From assembly GCA_964016885.1 (NCBI GenBank), contig CAXHJY010001714.1:62001-126000 (forward strand): a stretch of 64,000 nt of DNA. Reading direction: 5' to 3'. Origin of the DNA: Eledone cirrhosa. Its lineage: Eukaryota. Positions 50,222-63,639 of this stretch are shown in pieces. The notes under the pieces were generated by a model. That model was given only the letters and a program-made list of their open reading frames with translations. It ran no database searches and had not been told where the DNA came from. The position numbers and the translations under genes were made by a program. Position 1 is the first letter of the stretch, and every line of letters begins with the position of its first letter.

Positions 50222-52446
50222 TGTAGCGCTCTCTAGACTGAAGTTACTTCCCGTTGAGGTTGCAGAACCTTCTTAGGGACTTCCGTCCGAGGGAACTATA
50301 AAGGAGAGAGCCGAAAGCTAACTCCCTCTCATTCCACCTTTCGGCTGCTGGCCTTCGACCAGGCGCGTTCCGCCGAAGGTATACTCTCTCGCTTCCTGAC
50401 CAGTGAAAAGGTAAACAACTAACTTTCTTTCGTCGTGAAATCACTAGCCAACATGTAACACAACAACAATAATCACGGCCAGTGGACCGTGTCTTCTGAA
50501 ATCCTTAATTCATTTTTTCATCTCTCTTGGCATGTCAGCTATTCAGCTCTACACAGCTCAATCTTCGTAAATAAATATTGTACATACAACCCAGTGTCAT
50601 GTTATAATTGGTGACCCCGAGAAAAAAAATAATAGGACATGGTGTTGTGTGAATATAAAAAAAAAAGAAAATTAATTAGCAGTATTTTAAAAAGAAAAAA
50701 TTCCTCTAACACCATTCCGCATGGATTTTTTCTACAATATTCCACATGGATTTTTTCTCTGAAACTGTCTACAACGAAAAATATAAGTAATCTTTTCCTC
50801 AGCAGCAAACAAACAAGAAAACATTTTACTTTTCACCTCACGTGTTTACATCGTTTAAATGTGTTTCAATCACTGGATATATCCTTCGTCCGTCTCACAA
50901 CGAACACTCAAAAAGACTTGGACTCCTGTATTCTAATATTCAACATGTCAATTTTGATGAACATCACAGCTCGCTTACTCATTCAACTAAACCTTTTTCG
51001 CTACTTATTCATCACTTTCAAAAAAAAATTGAACTCTCGCCATACACAAAGTGAATATAGCCTTTCCTTCTTTTTCATCATATTATCACGTTCACACACA
51101 GATTTTTCAAAATGGCTGCCAACGACATGTTGCACTATCATTTTCGTGCCATTTTCTCGCGCAATAGAAATTTTTTTTTCAACTTGACTTTAATCTTGTT
51201 TCGGCAAGTGTGGGAGCACACATCTCGACTCACTGAGATAACACACGCCATAGATAATGTTTCTTGCCAAGGATTCTCCAGCCTTAAGCTATATTCTCCT
51301 ATTTGCCGGTTTAAAAATTTACCACGTAAATTTGCCGTTGAAAACTGCGCATTTATTCAGAATGATTATTTCTATGGTCGCTGGCCTCTTGACCCATCCA
51401 AGTCAACGCGCTCTCAACATCGACCATCAACTTTGGCTGTTATTTCTAGCACTTTGCGCAACTCATTTTTTCTGGGAAACTTTTTACTGTGAATGGAAAC
51501 AACATCGAATAGGCTCACTCTGCGAGACAACAACAACACAGCTTCATCTTTGCTTTATCAACAACCAAAACCAGCAGAACAAAACACAGAGAATTTATTT
51601 TTGCAGCACTCTTCCTGTGAGAAAATCCCACCGCTTTCGGTGGTTGGGAATTTTACGTTGTACCACAGTCCAGAAACCACCTGCATATATTCTCTTGGTG
51701 ACACATTCTCTTTCCTGCTGTCATGTTAACTTTATTTTTGAACATTTGAACTTTTTTTTAATAACTATGTTCGAGCACGTTTCTTTGCTCCTTTGACCTC
51801 TTCTTAGGTTGATTACATTGTATCTTTGTGTGATGGATAGATAGATGTCCAGTCGTTCTCTGGCCAAGAGAGGTTGGCTACCTTGATATCTATCATTAAT
51901 TTTTGCATGCTCATTTTGCTATTTGCTTGCTCATGTTTTGTTCATTCATGTTCTTGTACCGTTTGCCTTGCTCCTGGTGTTCTCGCTACAATGATTTCAT
52001 TTGGTCATTCGACTTCTCGTCTGAGAGGGGAGTCCTGTAGCGCTCTCTAGACAGGAGGTAGCTGGAGTTACTTCCCATTGAGGTTGCAGAACCTTCTTAG
52101 GGACTTCCGTCCGAGGGAACTATAAAGGAGAGAGCCGAAAGCTAACTCCCTCTCATTCCACCTTTCGGCTGCTGGCCTTCGGCCAGGCGCGTTCCGCCGA
52201 AGGTATACTCTCTCGCTTCCTGACCAGTGAAAAGGTAAACAACTAACTTTCTTTTGTCGTGAAATCACTAGCTAACATGTAACACAACAACAATAACCAC
52301 GGTCTGGCAACACTTCAGCCAGTGGACCGTGTCTTCTGAAATCCTTAATTCATTCTTTCATCTCTCTTGGCATGTAAGCTATTCAGCTCTATTCAGCTCA
52401 ATCTTCGTAAATAAATATTGTACATACAATCCAGTGTCATGTTATA
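50222..52446 (+). mobile_element. Second family of non-coding LTR retroelement
   Basis: LTRs 50222-50606 and 52036-52446 (TG...TA); perfect TSD GATA; PBS TGGTGACCCCGA (tRNA-Trp) at 50609; PPT GAGAGGGGAG at 52023-52032; 1.43-kb interior with no recognisable domain. Confidence 0.92.
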
Positions 52447-52649
52447 GATATCTGCATTCTATTCCAGACATTGAGAAGTTAATGTTTCATGTATTACGAC
52501 TGCAGGAGGAAAGAGCAGTTTTGACGATGAGTGTTTCTGTTGTTCGATCAACAGAACAGCCTGCTCCTGAAATTATCATGTAAGTGGCTGAGCATTCCAC
52601 AGGCCGATGCAGAGAGATTCAGCGTGATACAGTGCCTGACAAGACTGTT

Positions 52650-53115
52650 TCATTGAATTACAGCATACACGTACCACATCGCTTCAGCTCTCCCATCACG
52701 TTCGAACGTAGGCACCACTCACCCTACCACTCATTCCCAGAGAGAAACCTCCTCCATCGTTGTTAGCAGAGGTACTTATATCCTATTTCTCCAACTACCC
52801 ATTCTCACTTCAGCTACCACGCTTTCAGAATATCCTCCACTCCCATTGCCGACAAAATCCGTCACAACCTCTAGGGAACCTTCTGGGCAATTGAGGGAAT
52901 CTATTTCACGTGTGTTCTTAGTGATTACTTTCCCCGTGCAGTGATCTTACACAAAGTCTATCTTCTCCGTCAACCTAACTGTAACCACACCCCTGTGCAT
53001 CCATAGATTATACTATGTGCATCTTATGGAATTTCTGCCCACCCCTCATAGACATATCGGACAAGTCTACTTCCCTGGCAGTATCAGATTCCCATCCTCC
53101 ATCCCACCTATCAAA
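52650..53115 (-). pseudogene. Old RTE fragment (PHD/thumb region)
   Basis: Colinear with 15720-16090, e.g. GTGCATCCATA...ATGGAATTTCTGCCCACCCC vs ATGCACCCATA...ATGGAGTTTCTACCTACGCC. Confidence 0.65.
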
Positions 53116-53227
53116 ACATACATACATACATACATACAGACATACAGACATACATATACATATACATATATACAGATACATATACATATATACACATACA
53201 TGTACATATATACACATACATATATAC

Positions 53228-53258
<31 letters not shown>

Positions 53259-53465
53259 CATACATATATATATACATATACATACATACATACACATACA
53301 CATATACATACACACATACATATACATACACACACATATACATATATACATACACATATACACACATATATATACATATACACACACATACATATACACA
53401 TACATATGCATACATATGCATACATATATATACATACACATACACATATATATATATACATAGAT

Positions 53466-53496
<31 letters not shown>

Positions 53497-53625
53497 CATA
53501 TACATACATATATACATACACATACATACATACATACATACATATACATACACATACATACACACATACATACATACATATACATACACACATATACATA
53601 CATATATATACATATATATATATAT
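53116..53625. repeat. Compound (TACA)/(TA)/(CA) microsatellite
   Basis: Seen directly. Confidence 0.95.
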
Positions 53626-54080
53626 GCGTACGAAAGACCGGTTATATGATGCCTGTGTGAGATGCGCGATGATGCATGGTAGTGAGACATGGGCAGCAAC
53701 TGCAGAGGATATGGAGAGAAATGAAGCAAGCATGCTCCGTTGGATGTGCAATGTCAATGTGCGTGAACGACCAAGCATAGACGAGTTGAGAAAGAAACTG
53801 AATATAAGAGGGATAAGTTGTGGTGTGTGGAGAGAAGGTTGAGATGGTGTGGACATGTGATGTGCATGGAGGTTGACCGCTGGGTAAAGAAGTGCCAAGA
53901 AATCGCAGCAGAGGAAGACCACGAAAAACATGGGCGGAGGCGGTGAGCAGACCCCAGATCACTGAAACCCACGGATGAGATGATGAAGGACTGTGACAAG
54001 TGGAGAGACGCCGTGCCGAATAGGACCCGTCCCACCCTTGCAAGCAGGGAAAAGCGGACGTAAAATGATGATGATGATGA
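53626..54080 (+). mobile_element. 5'-truncated RTE LINE, 3' end
   Basis: [19 protein letters not shown]...[20 protein letters not shown]..., RGRPRKTW, then a (GAT)n tail. Confidence 0.88.
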
Positions 54081-54126
54081 TACTGTCTATATATCTATGT
54101 ATCTATCTCTCTGTCAATCTATCTAG

Positions 54127-54726
54127 ATATCTGTGCATCAGTCTATCTATTTATCTATCTACCTATCTATACGTTAGCGCCCTGGTGGTGGGGCGGCGCG
54201 GTGGATGGGGCCGTTGGAGGCGGGAGACTGGCATGGAGTGCTTGGAGGAATGGTGGGAGTGGAGAGGGATGTGCAACCGCTAAGGTATAGATATTTTTCT
54301 TTATTTACCATAAAGGCATAAAAAGAAGGGACAAATACAAAGGGGGAGTTTACATACAATCGAGTAAAAAGGGTGTAACATGAAAATAATCGAAAATAAC
54401 CTCAAAAGGGAGGGGACGTGATGGGGGTGGCACACACCCCCGAAAAAGTGTGCAATCCTTTGTCCGGGGAGCACATGGAGAAGGTGCTCCCCTCTCCTTT
54501 ACTTTATACAGGATGGTATACAGAGAAGGCCCATTTACACGAGCCATTCTCGCCACTATCACCCACCTTTCATAAAACTGCCTGTGGCCAAGCACCTCTC
54601 TCTCCATTCTTATCCTTCTTCCGAAGTGATATCGGAAGAAGTAGATCAGACTATGGCCAGAGAGGAAGTTGCCTGAAAGCTAAGGTATAGATAGGTAGAT
54701 AAACAGATAGACTGATGCACAGATAT
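54127..54726. mobile_element. Unclassified ~600-bp element with ~50-bp terminal inverted repeats
   Basis: ATATCTGTGCATCAGTCTATCT...CTATACGTTAGC vs GCTAAGGTATAGATAGG...AGATAGACTGATGCACAGATAT. Confidence 0.6.
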
Positions 54727-55078
54727 ATAATGTATGTACACACACACATACATACATACACACATGTACATACATACATACACACATACACACATACACA
54801 CATACACATACGTACATGCATCTGTACACACACATACACACACACACACATACACACACACTCGTGCACACACACACACACACACACCTATATGGGCACC
54901 TCAACAAAAAATACACCAGACTGCACAATTTGAACACTGATGTGAACTTACACGTGCACCACCCATGGGTATTACTTCTTCTTTGCATGTTACTGTTATT
55001 TTTAGCATTTCTTTATTAAGATCCCAATCCACTATAACCTTTATATTTGAAGCGCATATTAAATGTTCATTATGTTCA

Positions 55079-55268
55079 GGGCGGTGGTTTGGCAGTATCG
55101 GTAGAGGGTCGGACGCCATGCTTTGACGCATAGAGTTACGGCCCTTGCCATTCTGAGTTCAAATCTCACTGAGCTTAACTTTGCCTTTCATCCTTACGGG
55201 GTCGATAAAATAAAGTACCAGTAATGCACTGGGTAATTGCTGGCCTTGTGCCAAAAGTAGAAACAATT
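55079..55268 (+). mobile_element. Full-length family-A tRNA SINE
   Basis: TGGCAGTATCGG A-box, GAGTTCAAATC B-box, GCCTTTCATCCTTACGGGGTCGATAAAATAAAGTACC centre. Confidence 0.85.
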
Positions 55269-55897
55269 AAATGTTGCACCAAACTATTGTGTTTAATGAT
55301 TTCTATTTTCCTTGGAATACTCACTTACCAAGCCATCAAATCTACATATATATGATGACGTTTCTAGTGATGGGACCACAGTAAAATGTACCCAGCACAC
55401 GCTGTAAAGTGTTAGTGTTGGTGCCACTATAAAAGACACCAACATTTAACTGTAGTGCAAGTGATGTGAAGTAAAGGCATGTATGTATGTCTACATGGGT
55501 CTGAACAGTCGAGGCGGCCAAAATGAATACGTACTTCACAGAAGCTAGCTGAAGGTAAAAAAAAAAAAAGAAGAGAGAAAACAGAATACGTCGCAGATCC
55601 TATCTAAACCACCCACATACAGAAAGCTATGTGTTTGGTTTGTCTTTAAATAGCTCAGGTTAACGACACAGGTGATTTTTTTTTTTTTTCAGAGATGAAT
55701 ATCAAATATGATAACGAAATTGCGCACTTCAAGAGAATTACATTAAAGATACATGTGTCTTGGGAATGCTCAACCACTTGTATATTAATTTCACGAGCAG
55801 GTTGTTTTATTGATCAAACAACTGGAACACTTATCAAAACTGATGGAGGACCGATGCACATACAATTACCATAATGCAAATAATTTTCTTCTGATTA

Positions 55898-57643
55898 CAA
55901 TGGTCATCAACCAAAATGCTTCTGAGATCAGAGTAGCCATTTCCAACTAATTTTAGGTCGCTGATAATGACTATCAGAGTTAAAACTGTTTGTTAGCTTT
56001 TCAATAGACACCTATGTGTCACAGCAGACTCCTACAGGCTTGCGGCAGTGTGTTTCTTACCACATTCACAGCCCCACTGCCCTTCAGTATTGTTTCAGCA
56101 GTCATAGGAGGTGGTTGTGCTGTGCAATTTCATATATTGAAGTGAAATGTAGGTGATTTTCCTAGTCAATCACTTTTTAAACTTATAATAAATATTCATT
56201 GAACAAGCTATTGATATGCATGTCAGGCATTTTATATTGGTTTTATTTTCCTACTAAATGATATAATTTTGATGAAGCACACTCCTCTAAACCACATCTC
56301 ATAACACAAGGACAACTCCATGACCTTGTCAGGGATCTACAACTATCTAAAAATGAAGCAGAGCTGGTAGGCTCTAATCTTCAACAGTGGAATCTCCTAA
56401 CAGCTGATATGAAGATTTCAAAATGTCATGACCGTCAGCAGCAGTTCAGAAATTTTTTCGTAATGGAAGGTGATTTATTGGCCTGCAACAATATTGATGG
56501 TCTGATCGAAACACTTGGTATTGAATACTATCCCAGTCACTGGAGGCTGTTCATATATTCATCAAAAACTAGCCTGAAATGTGTCTTCCTGTTTAATGGC
56601 AATAGTGAACCATCAGTTCCTGTGGGCTACACATCACATATGAAAGAAACTTATGAGAATATAAAGCATATGTTGCAATGTATAAAATAAGATTAACATC
56701 AATGGCAGCTCAGTGATGACTTAATAGTTGTTGCTTTTGTAATGGGCTTGCAAGGTGGATACACCAAGTGCTGCTGATTTCTGTGTGAATGGGACTGGTG
56801 TCCAAGAGGTTCCTACTATACTAAGAGAGACAAGCCACCTCATCAATCATTGGAGCCTGGGATGAAAAATGTTCAACAGCCACCTCACACTGAATCAAAC
56901 AAAATTTTGCTACCACCTCTACACACAAAACTGAGGCCCATGAAACATTTTATAAAAGCTAAGGTCAGGGATTCAATTTTTTAACATCAAAATTCCCCTC
57001 ACTGATCGATGTTAAGATAAAAGATGGAGTCTTCATTGGTCCTCAGATTCGAGAGCTTCTTAAAGATGGTGACTTTGAATCAGCCCTTCATTGGGAGGAG
57101 AAAGCTGCTTGGGAAACATTCAAGTTAGTAGCGAAGGGATTTCTCGGAAACAGAAGGGAAGGAAACTATGAAGACTTTATAGAAAACCTCATCAAGGATT
57201 ACAAGAATATGGGATGTAACATGTCACTTAAAATCCACTTTTTGGGCTCCCATTTAGACATTTTCCCAGCGAACTGTGGGGCAGTTAGTGACGAATATGG
57301 TGATAGGTTTCACCAAGATATTTCAACCATGAAAATGCGGTACCAGGACAAATAGAGCACAGCAATGCTTGCAGACTATTGCTGGACATTGGCAAAAGAT
57401 GATTTTTCAGGCCACTATAAATCTCAAGCAAAAACAGAGAGTAGATATAGACTAGAGCTTAAAACATAAAGACACATATTGTATGTTATACTAAAATAAT
57501 CAAACATTACATGTCGTATATCTTTAAGCCTGTAGCTAATAAGCATTTATCAAGTTGATATTTGGATTCAGGACATAAAAATTCATAAGAATTAAATAAT
57601 CTCATTTAAGAAGACACAACTTTTCAAAAATAGTTGACCAGTG
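55898..57643 (+). mobile_element. Decayed Chapaev3-like (CMC) DNA transposon
   Basis: Ends CAATGGTCA.../...TTGACCAGTG with 3-bp TTA on both sides. Broken transposase at ~56270-57430 with WRLFIxSSKTSLKC, GGYTKC..FLCEWD, LLPPLH, GPQIR, CNMSLKIHF, RFHQDI, MLADYCW. The family name is from memory. Confidence 0.75.
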
Positions 57644-57959
57644 TTATCATTAACGAGTTGAGCAAAACTATAATTGATGTTTTTATTAGCGAATAGAAGT
57701 ATACAATAATTGTTTCTACTTTTAGCACAAGGCCAGCAATTATCCCAGTGGTGCTTTAATTTATCGACCCTGTAAGAATGAAGGGCAAAATTCTTACGGG
57801 GTCGATAAAATAGAAGTATACAATAATGAAAGTATTTTAGAAAGGGATCAAAATAATAAACAGGATTTGAGGAAAACATTAAAAACGGGCAGGAAGAAGA
57901 AAAATTAAATAATGAAAAAAGGGGGCAAGGTGGGGGGAGGGGGACAAACTCTTAGCTGG

Positions 57960-60245
57960 GTGGTATATCTCAGCTGCGTCCCATGGACAAGATGGCGAAA
58001 GCATTGCTGTAGAAGACCCAACGATATTCGCTACATCAGATACTCGATCTTACGCGGGTGGGATGCACTCCTGCCAATTTTGTGGAGGAAAACGTCAGTA
58101 CGGGAACTGAAGACACCAGAGGTCTCGACGGCAACTGGCAGAAAAAGGAAGCGGTTGAACAAACTAAACCGACTTGCGGCAGCACTTCAACCACAGTACA
58201 GCGTACCAACTGCACTCATGTATATACATCTCTAGCGACTCAGCTACGTTCTAGTGGGTGGGAAGTAGACCCGACTTTGGCGGTACATTAGTCAATTTAG
58301 ATTAGTCAAAGGCATTTGACAGAGTCAACGTTACCTTGAGGCTATCCTAAGAGCAGCAGGTTTCGGCACTATCTTCAGAAGCTGGATCGTCACGTTATAC
58401 AGTGGTATCTGTTCAGTGATCAAATTGAACGGCCACTTATCAGAACCTTTCCATATAGAACGCTTGGTCTGTCAGGGATGTCCCCTCTCCCCGCTCCTCT
58501 ATGCGTAGGCTTTAAAGTCACTGATGCGGTGAATGGAAATCTTGAGAGGAATTCCACTAGAATCTAGCCACAGGAGAGCCGTGTCTACGTACGGAGATTA
58601 CATCAGTCATGTTGTCAGATACTTCAGATATAGTAGTCGGCACCATATTGGAAGAATACCAGCAGGTTACTGGAGCCTGCATTAACCAGAATAAGTCAGT
58701 GGGTTGTAGAGAGGCAGGGCCATTCCGGCCAGTGGAAATCTCTGCCCTTGGACCAACAGCCCAGTCAGAATCTGCTTGGAATCTGGTTTGGATCGCCCCT
58801 CCAGGTAGACAAGAACTCGAAAGATGTCACCCAGAAATGGGCAGAGAGAAAGGTTGAGCAGAAGTGGCAAACACCTACATTACGTCAGTGGTTTACTATC
58901 ACCTGTCCGTCGTATCATGGCCCCAAATCACCTGACCAGATTAGAACGCATGCTCTTCCAAGTTTTGTGAAAAGGACAAGTCCAACTGGTCAGAAAATCC
59001 ATCTCTTAATAATTTCCACTCAATAGTGGCCTCGAGATGCCATCGCTAATGACGCGTTAACATGAGCTACGGCTAATGCACCCGTGGAGCTATCTCAAGG
59101 ACCGCAACGACGATGACAATGAAAGTGAAGCTCAACTAGTGTGGGCACCTTTGGTGAGACATGTCTTCTCGCATTTCATCTCCCTGACAGATCTACCGTC
59201 GTAGGTGAAGCGCAGACAAGGCTAGGCGACAAGCATCTTGAGTGTTGCCAGTCGCTCAGGGATCTTTACTAACTGAAGAACACGGTAGGAGGCCAGAAAG
59301 CAACTTTCTTTCTATAGCGGGTTAGTGGAAGGTATGGGCAACGATGGCCTGGGAGTGGCCCTGGACGTTGATGAGGACAGTCTGAACAGGTTCTTCTGGA
59401 GGACTTTCAGATCGGGATCATGAACAATATCCAAATCCCTTGGCATGGCAGTGCTACAGAGGGGCACTTCTAATTCAAGACAAACTCTATGGGCACGGAA
59501 GTGCCAACAGCCTGATCTGTCAAAAATTCGCACAAGGTGACGAAATCGTCAGGAAAGCCGCCCAGTGCCCGTGCATTTCAGAATTGTGAGTTTGATTTGA
59601 ACAACTGCTATTGACCAAGTCTCTAGAGAAGATTGAACCGCTATCTTTTAGAAGAGAGGTGCGATAAGTCGTCTTCTGTCTAGTAGCTATGGCGAAGGAA
59701 GCTAGACTGGTGAAGTATGGTGGACTCGTCTAAAAGGATTGAGGTCAGGAATTTCCCTCTCTGGCCAAAGCCTTATCAACTTCTTCAAGTTCTACTTGAT
59801 GAGGAATGTGAGGGTAGAAAGGGAGGCGCTGCCTTCTAGTGTGTTTTGTGAAAGATGGGTGAGAGCGGCGAGACTGACGAGGTTGAACGGGTCTAATCTG
59901 ACTATTTAGGAGGAAGGAAACAGGGAGAAGCCACTTTTAATGCCTGTGAAGTAACAGAGTAATCCGGGGCTTTGTGTGGGGTTTCTCCATGAAATTATCC
60001 TAAAGTGTAGTCCCCCACCATTGGGGAACCTGTCCATGTTGAGATTTGTTATTGTTTTTCTAATTTTATGTATATTTATGACAATTTCTATTATTATTCC
60101 TACTGTTTTTCGCTCCAGTGATATCCCCTTTTCCTTTACTTGATGTAAATTTCACTTTGTTGTGTTGTGCTGCCTTTGTCCTAATATTGCCCCCTTTATC
60201 TCGTGCCGTTGTATCTAACAAAAGAAATTATTATTATTATTATTA
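57960..60245 (+). mobile_element. Decayed, 5'-truncated L1/Tx1-type LINE
   Basis: QGCPLSPLLY at ~58473, degenerate YADD (YGDY), LLGIWFG; GC-richer block ending in an (ATT)n tail at ~60228-60245. Confidence 0.7.
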
Positions 60246-60640
60246 AGGTGGATTGGTAGTATCGGCCCTTTATGTTCTGAGTTCACATCCCGCCAATGTT
60301 AGCTTTGCCTTTCATCCTTACAAGCGTCGATAATATAAAGCACCAGTAATACACTGGGTCGGTTTAATTGACTTTCCCCTCACCCAAAATTGTTTGCCTT
60401 GTGCCTAAAGTAGAAACAATTATTATAGGATGGGTGGTAAATTGGAAGTATCGGACAAAATGCTTTGCAGTATTTAGTTACGACTTTCTACGTTTAGAGT
60501 TCGAATCCCACCAAGACCACCTTTACCTTTCCCTTCGAGGATCGATAAAATAAAGTACCAGTAAAGTACTGAGGTCGATGTAATCGATTTTCCCTACCAC
60601 CAAAATTGCTGGCCTTGTACTTAAATTGGAAACAGTTATT
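60246..60640 (+). mobile_element. Two tandem family-A SINEs
   Basis: The CTTTCATCCTT...GTCGATAA...ACCAGTAA...GCCTTGT motif set appears twice. Confidence 0.75.
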
Positions 60641-61055
60641 ATTGAGGGTGTGGTAGAAAAAATATAATCGACTTTCCTCTTCTACTAAAATTCTGACCTT
60701 GGACCTCATTAAGAAACTATTTTAGTAGTTGTTGTTATTGTTGTTTTTATTGCGGAAGTCGTCGTCGTTGTTGTTGTTGTTGTCGTTTTTGTGGTGGTGG
60801 TGGTGGTGGTGGTGCTGCTGCTGCTGCTTTTTAGCTATTTTATACAATCTCTTACCTATGACTTAAGGTAGGAGGATGCGAGTAATTAATTGGTTTCAAC
60901 TACCCGAATAGCGGAGAAAGGTGCCATAAAAGTAGATCATTGACAGGAAGAAATGTAGTATGTTTTGTATGTAGAACTTGGTATTGAATATTGATTTGTG
61001 TAGAGGTTTATAGAGTATAAATCAAATTGAGTGGGGAGGACTAACTTTTAATGTC

Positions 61056-61313
61056 TAAAGTCTGTCTCGAGCCCGGAGACTCATCAAGTCCGTGTTTATC
61101 TTGGTTTCCGTGGCGGGAAGTGACTGGAAGTACAAGACTCACCACCTGGACATGACGCCAGTCCTTCGCAGGTACTCATCTTAGGTTGAGTATACCGGAG
61201 CCACATAAAATGAGGTTTTATTCTCAAGAACACAACACACAACCCAGTCCAGGAATCGAACCCATGATATTATGATCATAATTTCAACACCCTTACCACT
61301 AGGCCACGCGCTT
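61056..61313 (-). mobile_element. tRNA-derived SINE (family C)
   Basis: Minus strand GCGCGTGGCCTAGTGGTAAGGG and GGGTTCGATTCC; colinear with 44035-44300; AACTTTTAATGT on both flanks. Confidence 0.8.
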
Positions 61314-61924
61314 CAACAACTTTTAATGTATATCACACTAAATTACAGGTACTCTATAATTTGTAAGATTGAGAGTCCTTATCGCAGTATGTGTACTTGA
61401 GAACTCTGGTACAAACACTACACTTGTGACAATTATTGACACATAGTGCTGGGCCCATGGTACCATGTGACGACAAGTGCAGAGAGATCTCCAGATCTAA
61501 AGCAATGCCTGTGCCGTGAAGCTTTTATAGTGAGCAAAGGCACTGCACAAAGCCAGTCCCACTCTCTTAACCAAGATGATATTTACCAAAAAGAACAACA
61601 AGTCAACATCATTGGATACCATCAGGGTTGCAGGTGTTATATCAGAGTTTTCCTTCTCCTAGAATTCTGCTTTGACAAAGGCTAAGGGGTCATCTCTCCC
61701 GGTGATTTTAGATGGCCATTGACTCTTAAGAGCTCCTTTGCCCTTTGACAGGTTTTGTTTTTAGTCCTGCAGGATGTCCAAAGTCACCCTCCTCACCAAG
61801 AAACCTTGGTGGGGTTTCCAGTTTAGTCACCAACAACCCGACCATGAGACAGGTTGTACATACAGGTTGTACATACATACATACATACATACATACATAC
61901 ATACATACATACATACATACATAC

Positions 61925-62060
61925 ATACACAGGCTCATACATAGCTGAGTAGTTAAGGCGCGGTCGCTTCGCAAACATTTGTTCCTGGGTTCAATCCCGC
62001 CGCGCTGCGGCACCTTGAGCAAGTATCTTCTATAATCTCGGTTTCACCAATGCCTTGTGA
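61925..62060 (+). mobile_element. tRNA-derived CORE-like SINE (family D)
   Basis: TAGCTGAGTAGTTAAG A-box, GGTTCAATCC B-box, CACCTTGAGCAAGT; related copies at ~30780-30880 and 49864-49984 (minus). Confidence 0.7.
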
Positions 62061-62169
62061 GAGGAATTCAGTATTCGGATACTGCAGAATCCCGTCGTTT
62101 ATATATAGAGAAAAAGAGTCAGGACCCCGACGGCTGAGCTCCGGCCGTTTCGATAGCTAGATCCGAACC

Positions 62170-62248
<79 letters not shown>

Positions 62249-63195
62249 ACATTTGTGTTTATTTATGTTCCATAACTTAGCGGTTCGATAGAAAAAGTCA
62301 TAAAATAAGCATCAGACTTGAACAAAAATAAGCAGTGGGGTCGATATGATCGACTAAATCCAGATGATGATCCACCATGGTCGCAGCATAACTGAAATAT
62401 GTAAAAATAATTGAAAATAAAAGAATTGATTGAAGCTGAATTCTAAATCCTGTTTAAAAAGTCGTCACAAAGTAATTGAAATAGAGCGTATTTCAATAGA
62501 AGTTCAGCCATGAAAAGGTTTAAAATACGATTCTGTTTCAATTCATTGCAGCCTCTTACTTTATAAATATACTCGTATTAGGTCAGACCAGATCATAAAA
62601 CTACTGAGAGAATATTAAACAGTCGGTATGATGTCACTGTGCATAGTCTCTATGGAAACAGAGGCCAGATGTACACGAAAATAGTTTACATGAAGGTCGC
62701 CTGGTTTCATGTTTCATCTCACAAAACTTCTATTGATCAATTCAATGAACTTTCCAATTTTGTCTCACGGACTTCTAATTTCTCATTACTTCTAGCCACA
62801 CACGCACGCACCCACATACACATGCACATACATACACACAGATACACACACTGACACCATGTATGGGGGTTTGTCTATCTTAGCGGCCAACATTCTCTAA
62901 TGTTTGTTTTCAACAGAAATGTGAAATCGACATAGAAAAGGAACGAAGACAGATGTTTATATAGTTTAGTTTAGTCTCACCTATAGGCTTCTGTTATGAA
63001 TCACGCTGTATTAGTGCTACTGCTAATTAATGCATGTATTGTCTCGTAACTCCCATATATTAATATACCGTGTTTCTAGGGCATTTTAAAACCTGGCTGA
63101 GCCCGTCTCCTCTCCAGGTCTGAATACAGCTGATTTCTTCCAGAGAAGGATAGAGAGTGAGAGAATGGAAGTGAGAAAGAGATATAGAGGAAGAA

Positions 63196-63358
63196 AAATC
63201 GACCCCAGTACTGGACTGGTACTTTTTTTTATCGACCTCAAATAGATGAAAGGCAAAGTTGATCTCGACTGGATTTGAACTCAGAAAGCAGAGAGCCGAA
63301 ACGAATACTGTAAAGCATTCTATCCAACGTTCTAACGACTCTGCCAATTCGCTGCCTT
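63196..63358 (-). mobile_element. Family-A-like SINE
   Basis: GGTACTTTTTTTATCGACC...GATGAAAGGCAAAGTTGA...GGATTTGAACTCAG...CTCTGCCAATTCGCTGCC. Confidence 0.75.
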
Positions 63359-63639
63359 ACTGCTAATTAATACTAACCCACTATATGCAAATGAGCTTTT
63401 CTAAAAATGTATTATTGCAAAATCTCTACATAAGTAATTTGTTTCCCTACCTCAGTACCGAGTAAACATTACTGATGATAAAAATCCAGAAACACTATTG
63501 TTAGGCACCTACTTCACATGATCGTAAAACGATTTCCTCGGTTAACGATAAAGTTATATTCAATAGTTTGGCAAGGTCGTAAATCAATTTGCTCGGTAAC
63601 TGATATTTCTTCAGAGAGGGGCATTCTCGTGAGGCGGAG

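Noticed and set aside
50639-51796. ORFs of 126-182 aa inside the LTR element as gag or env
   Set aside because: Overlapping frames, low-complexity composition, no CCHC or other recognisable motif.
53008-53931. 275- and 307-aa ORFs
   Set aside because: Microsatellite read-through joined to RTE fragments.
52650-54080. Opposed RTE fragments as one twin-priming inversion
   Set aside because: The minus fragment is much more decayed and overlaps the plus fragment in element coordinates; two separate insertions are more likely.
61600-61860. Possible LINE 5' UTR with an HDV-like ribozyme on the minus strand
   Set aside because: The nested double pseudoknot could not be assembled by eye; an RNA motif search is needed.
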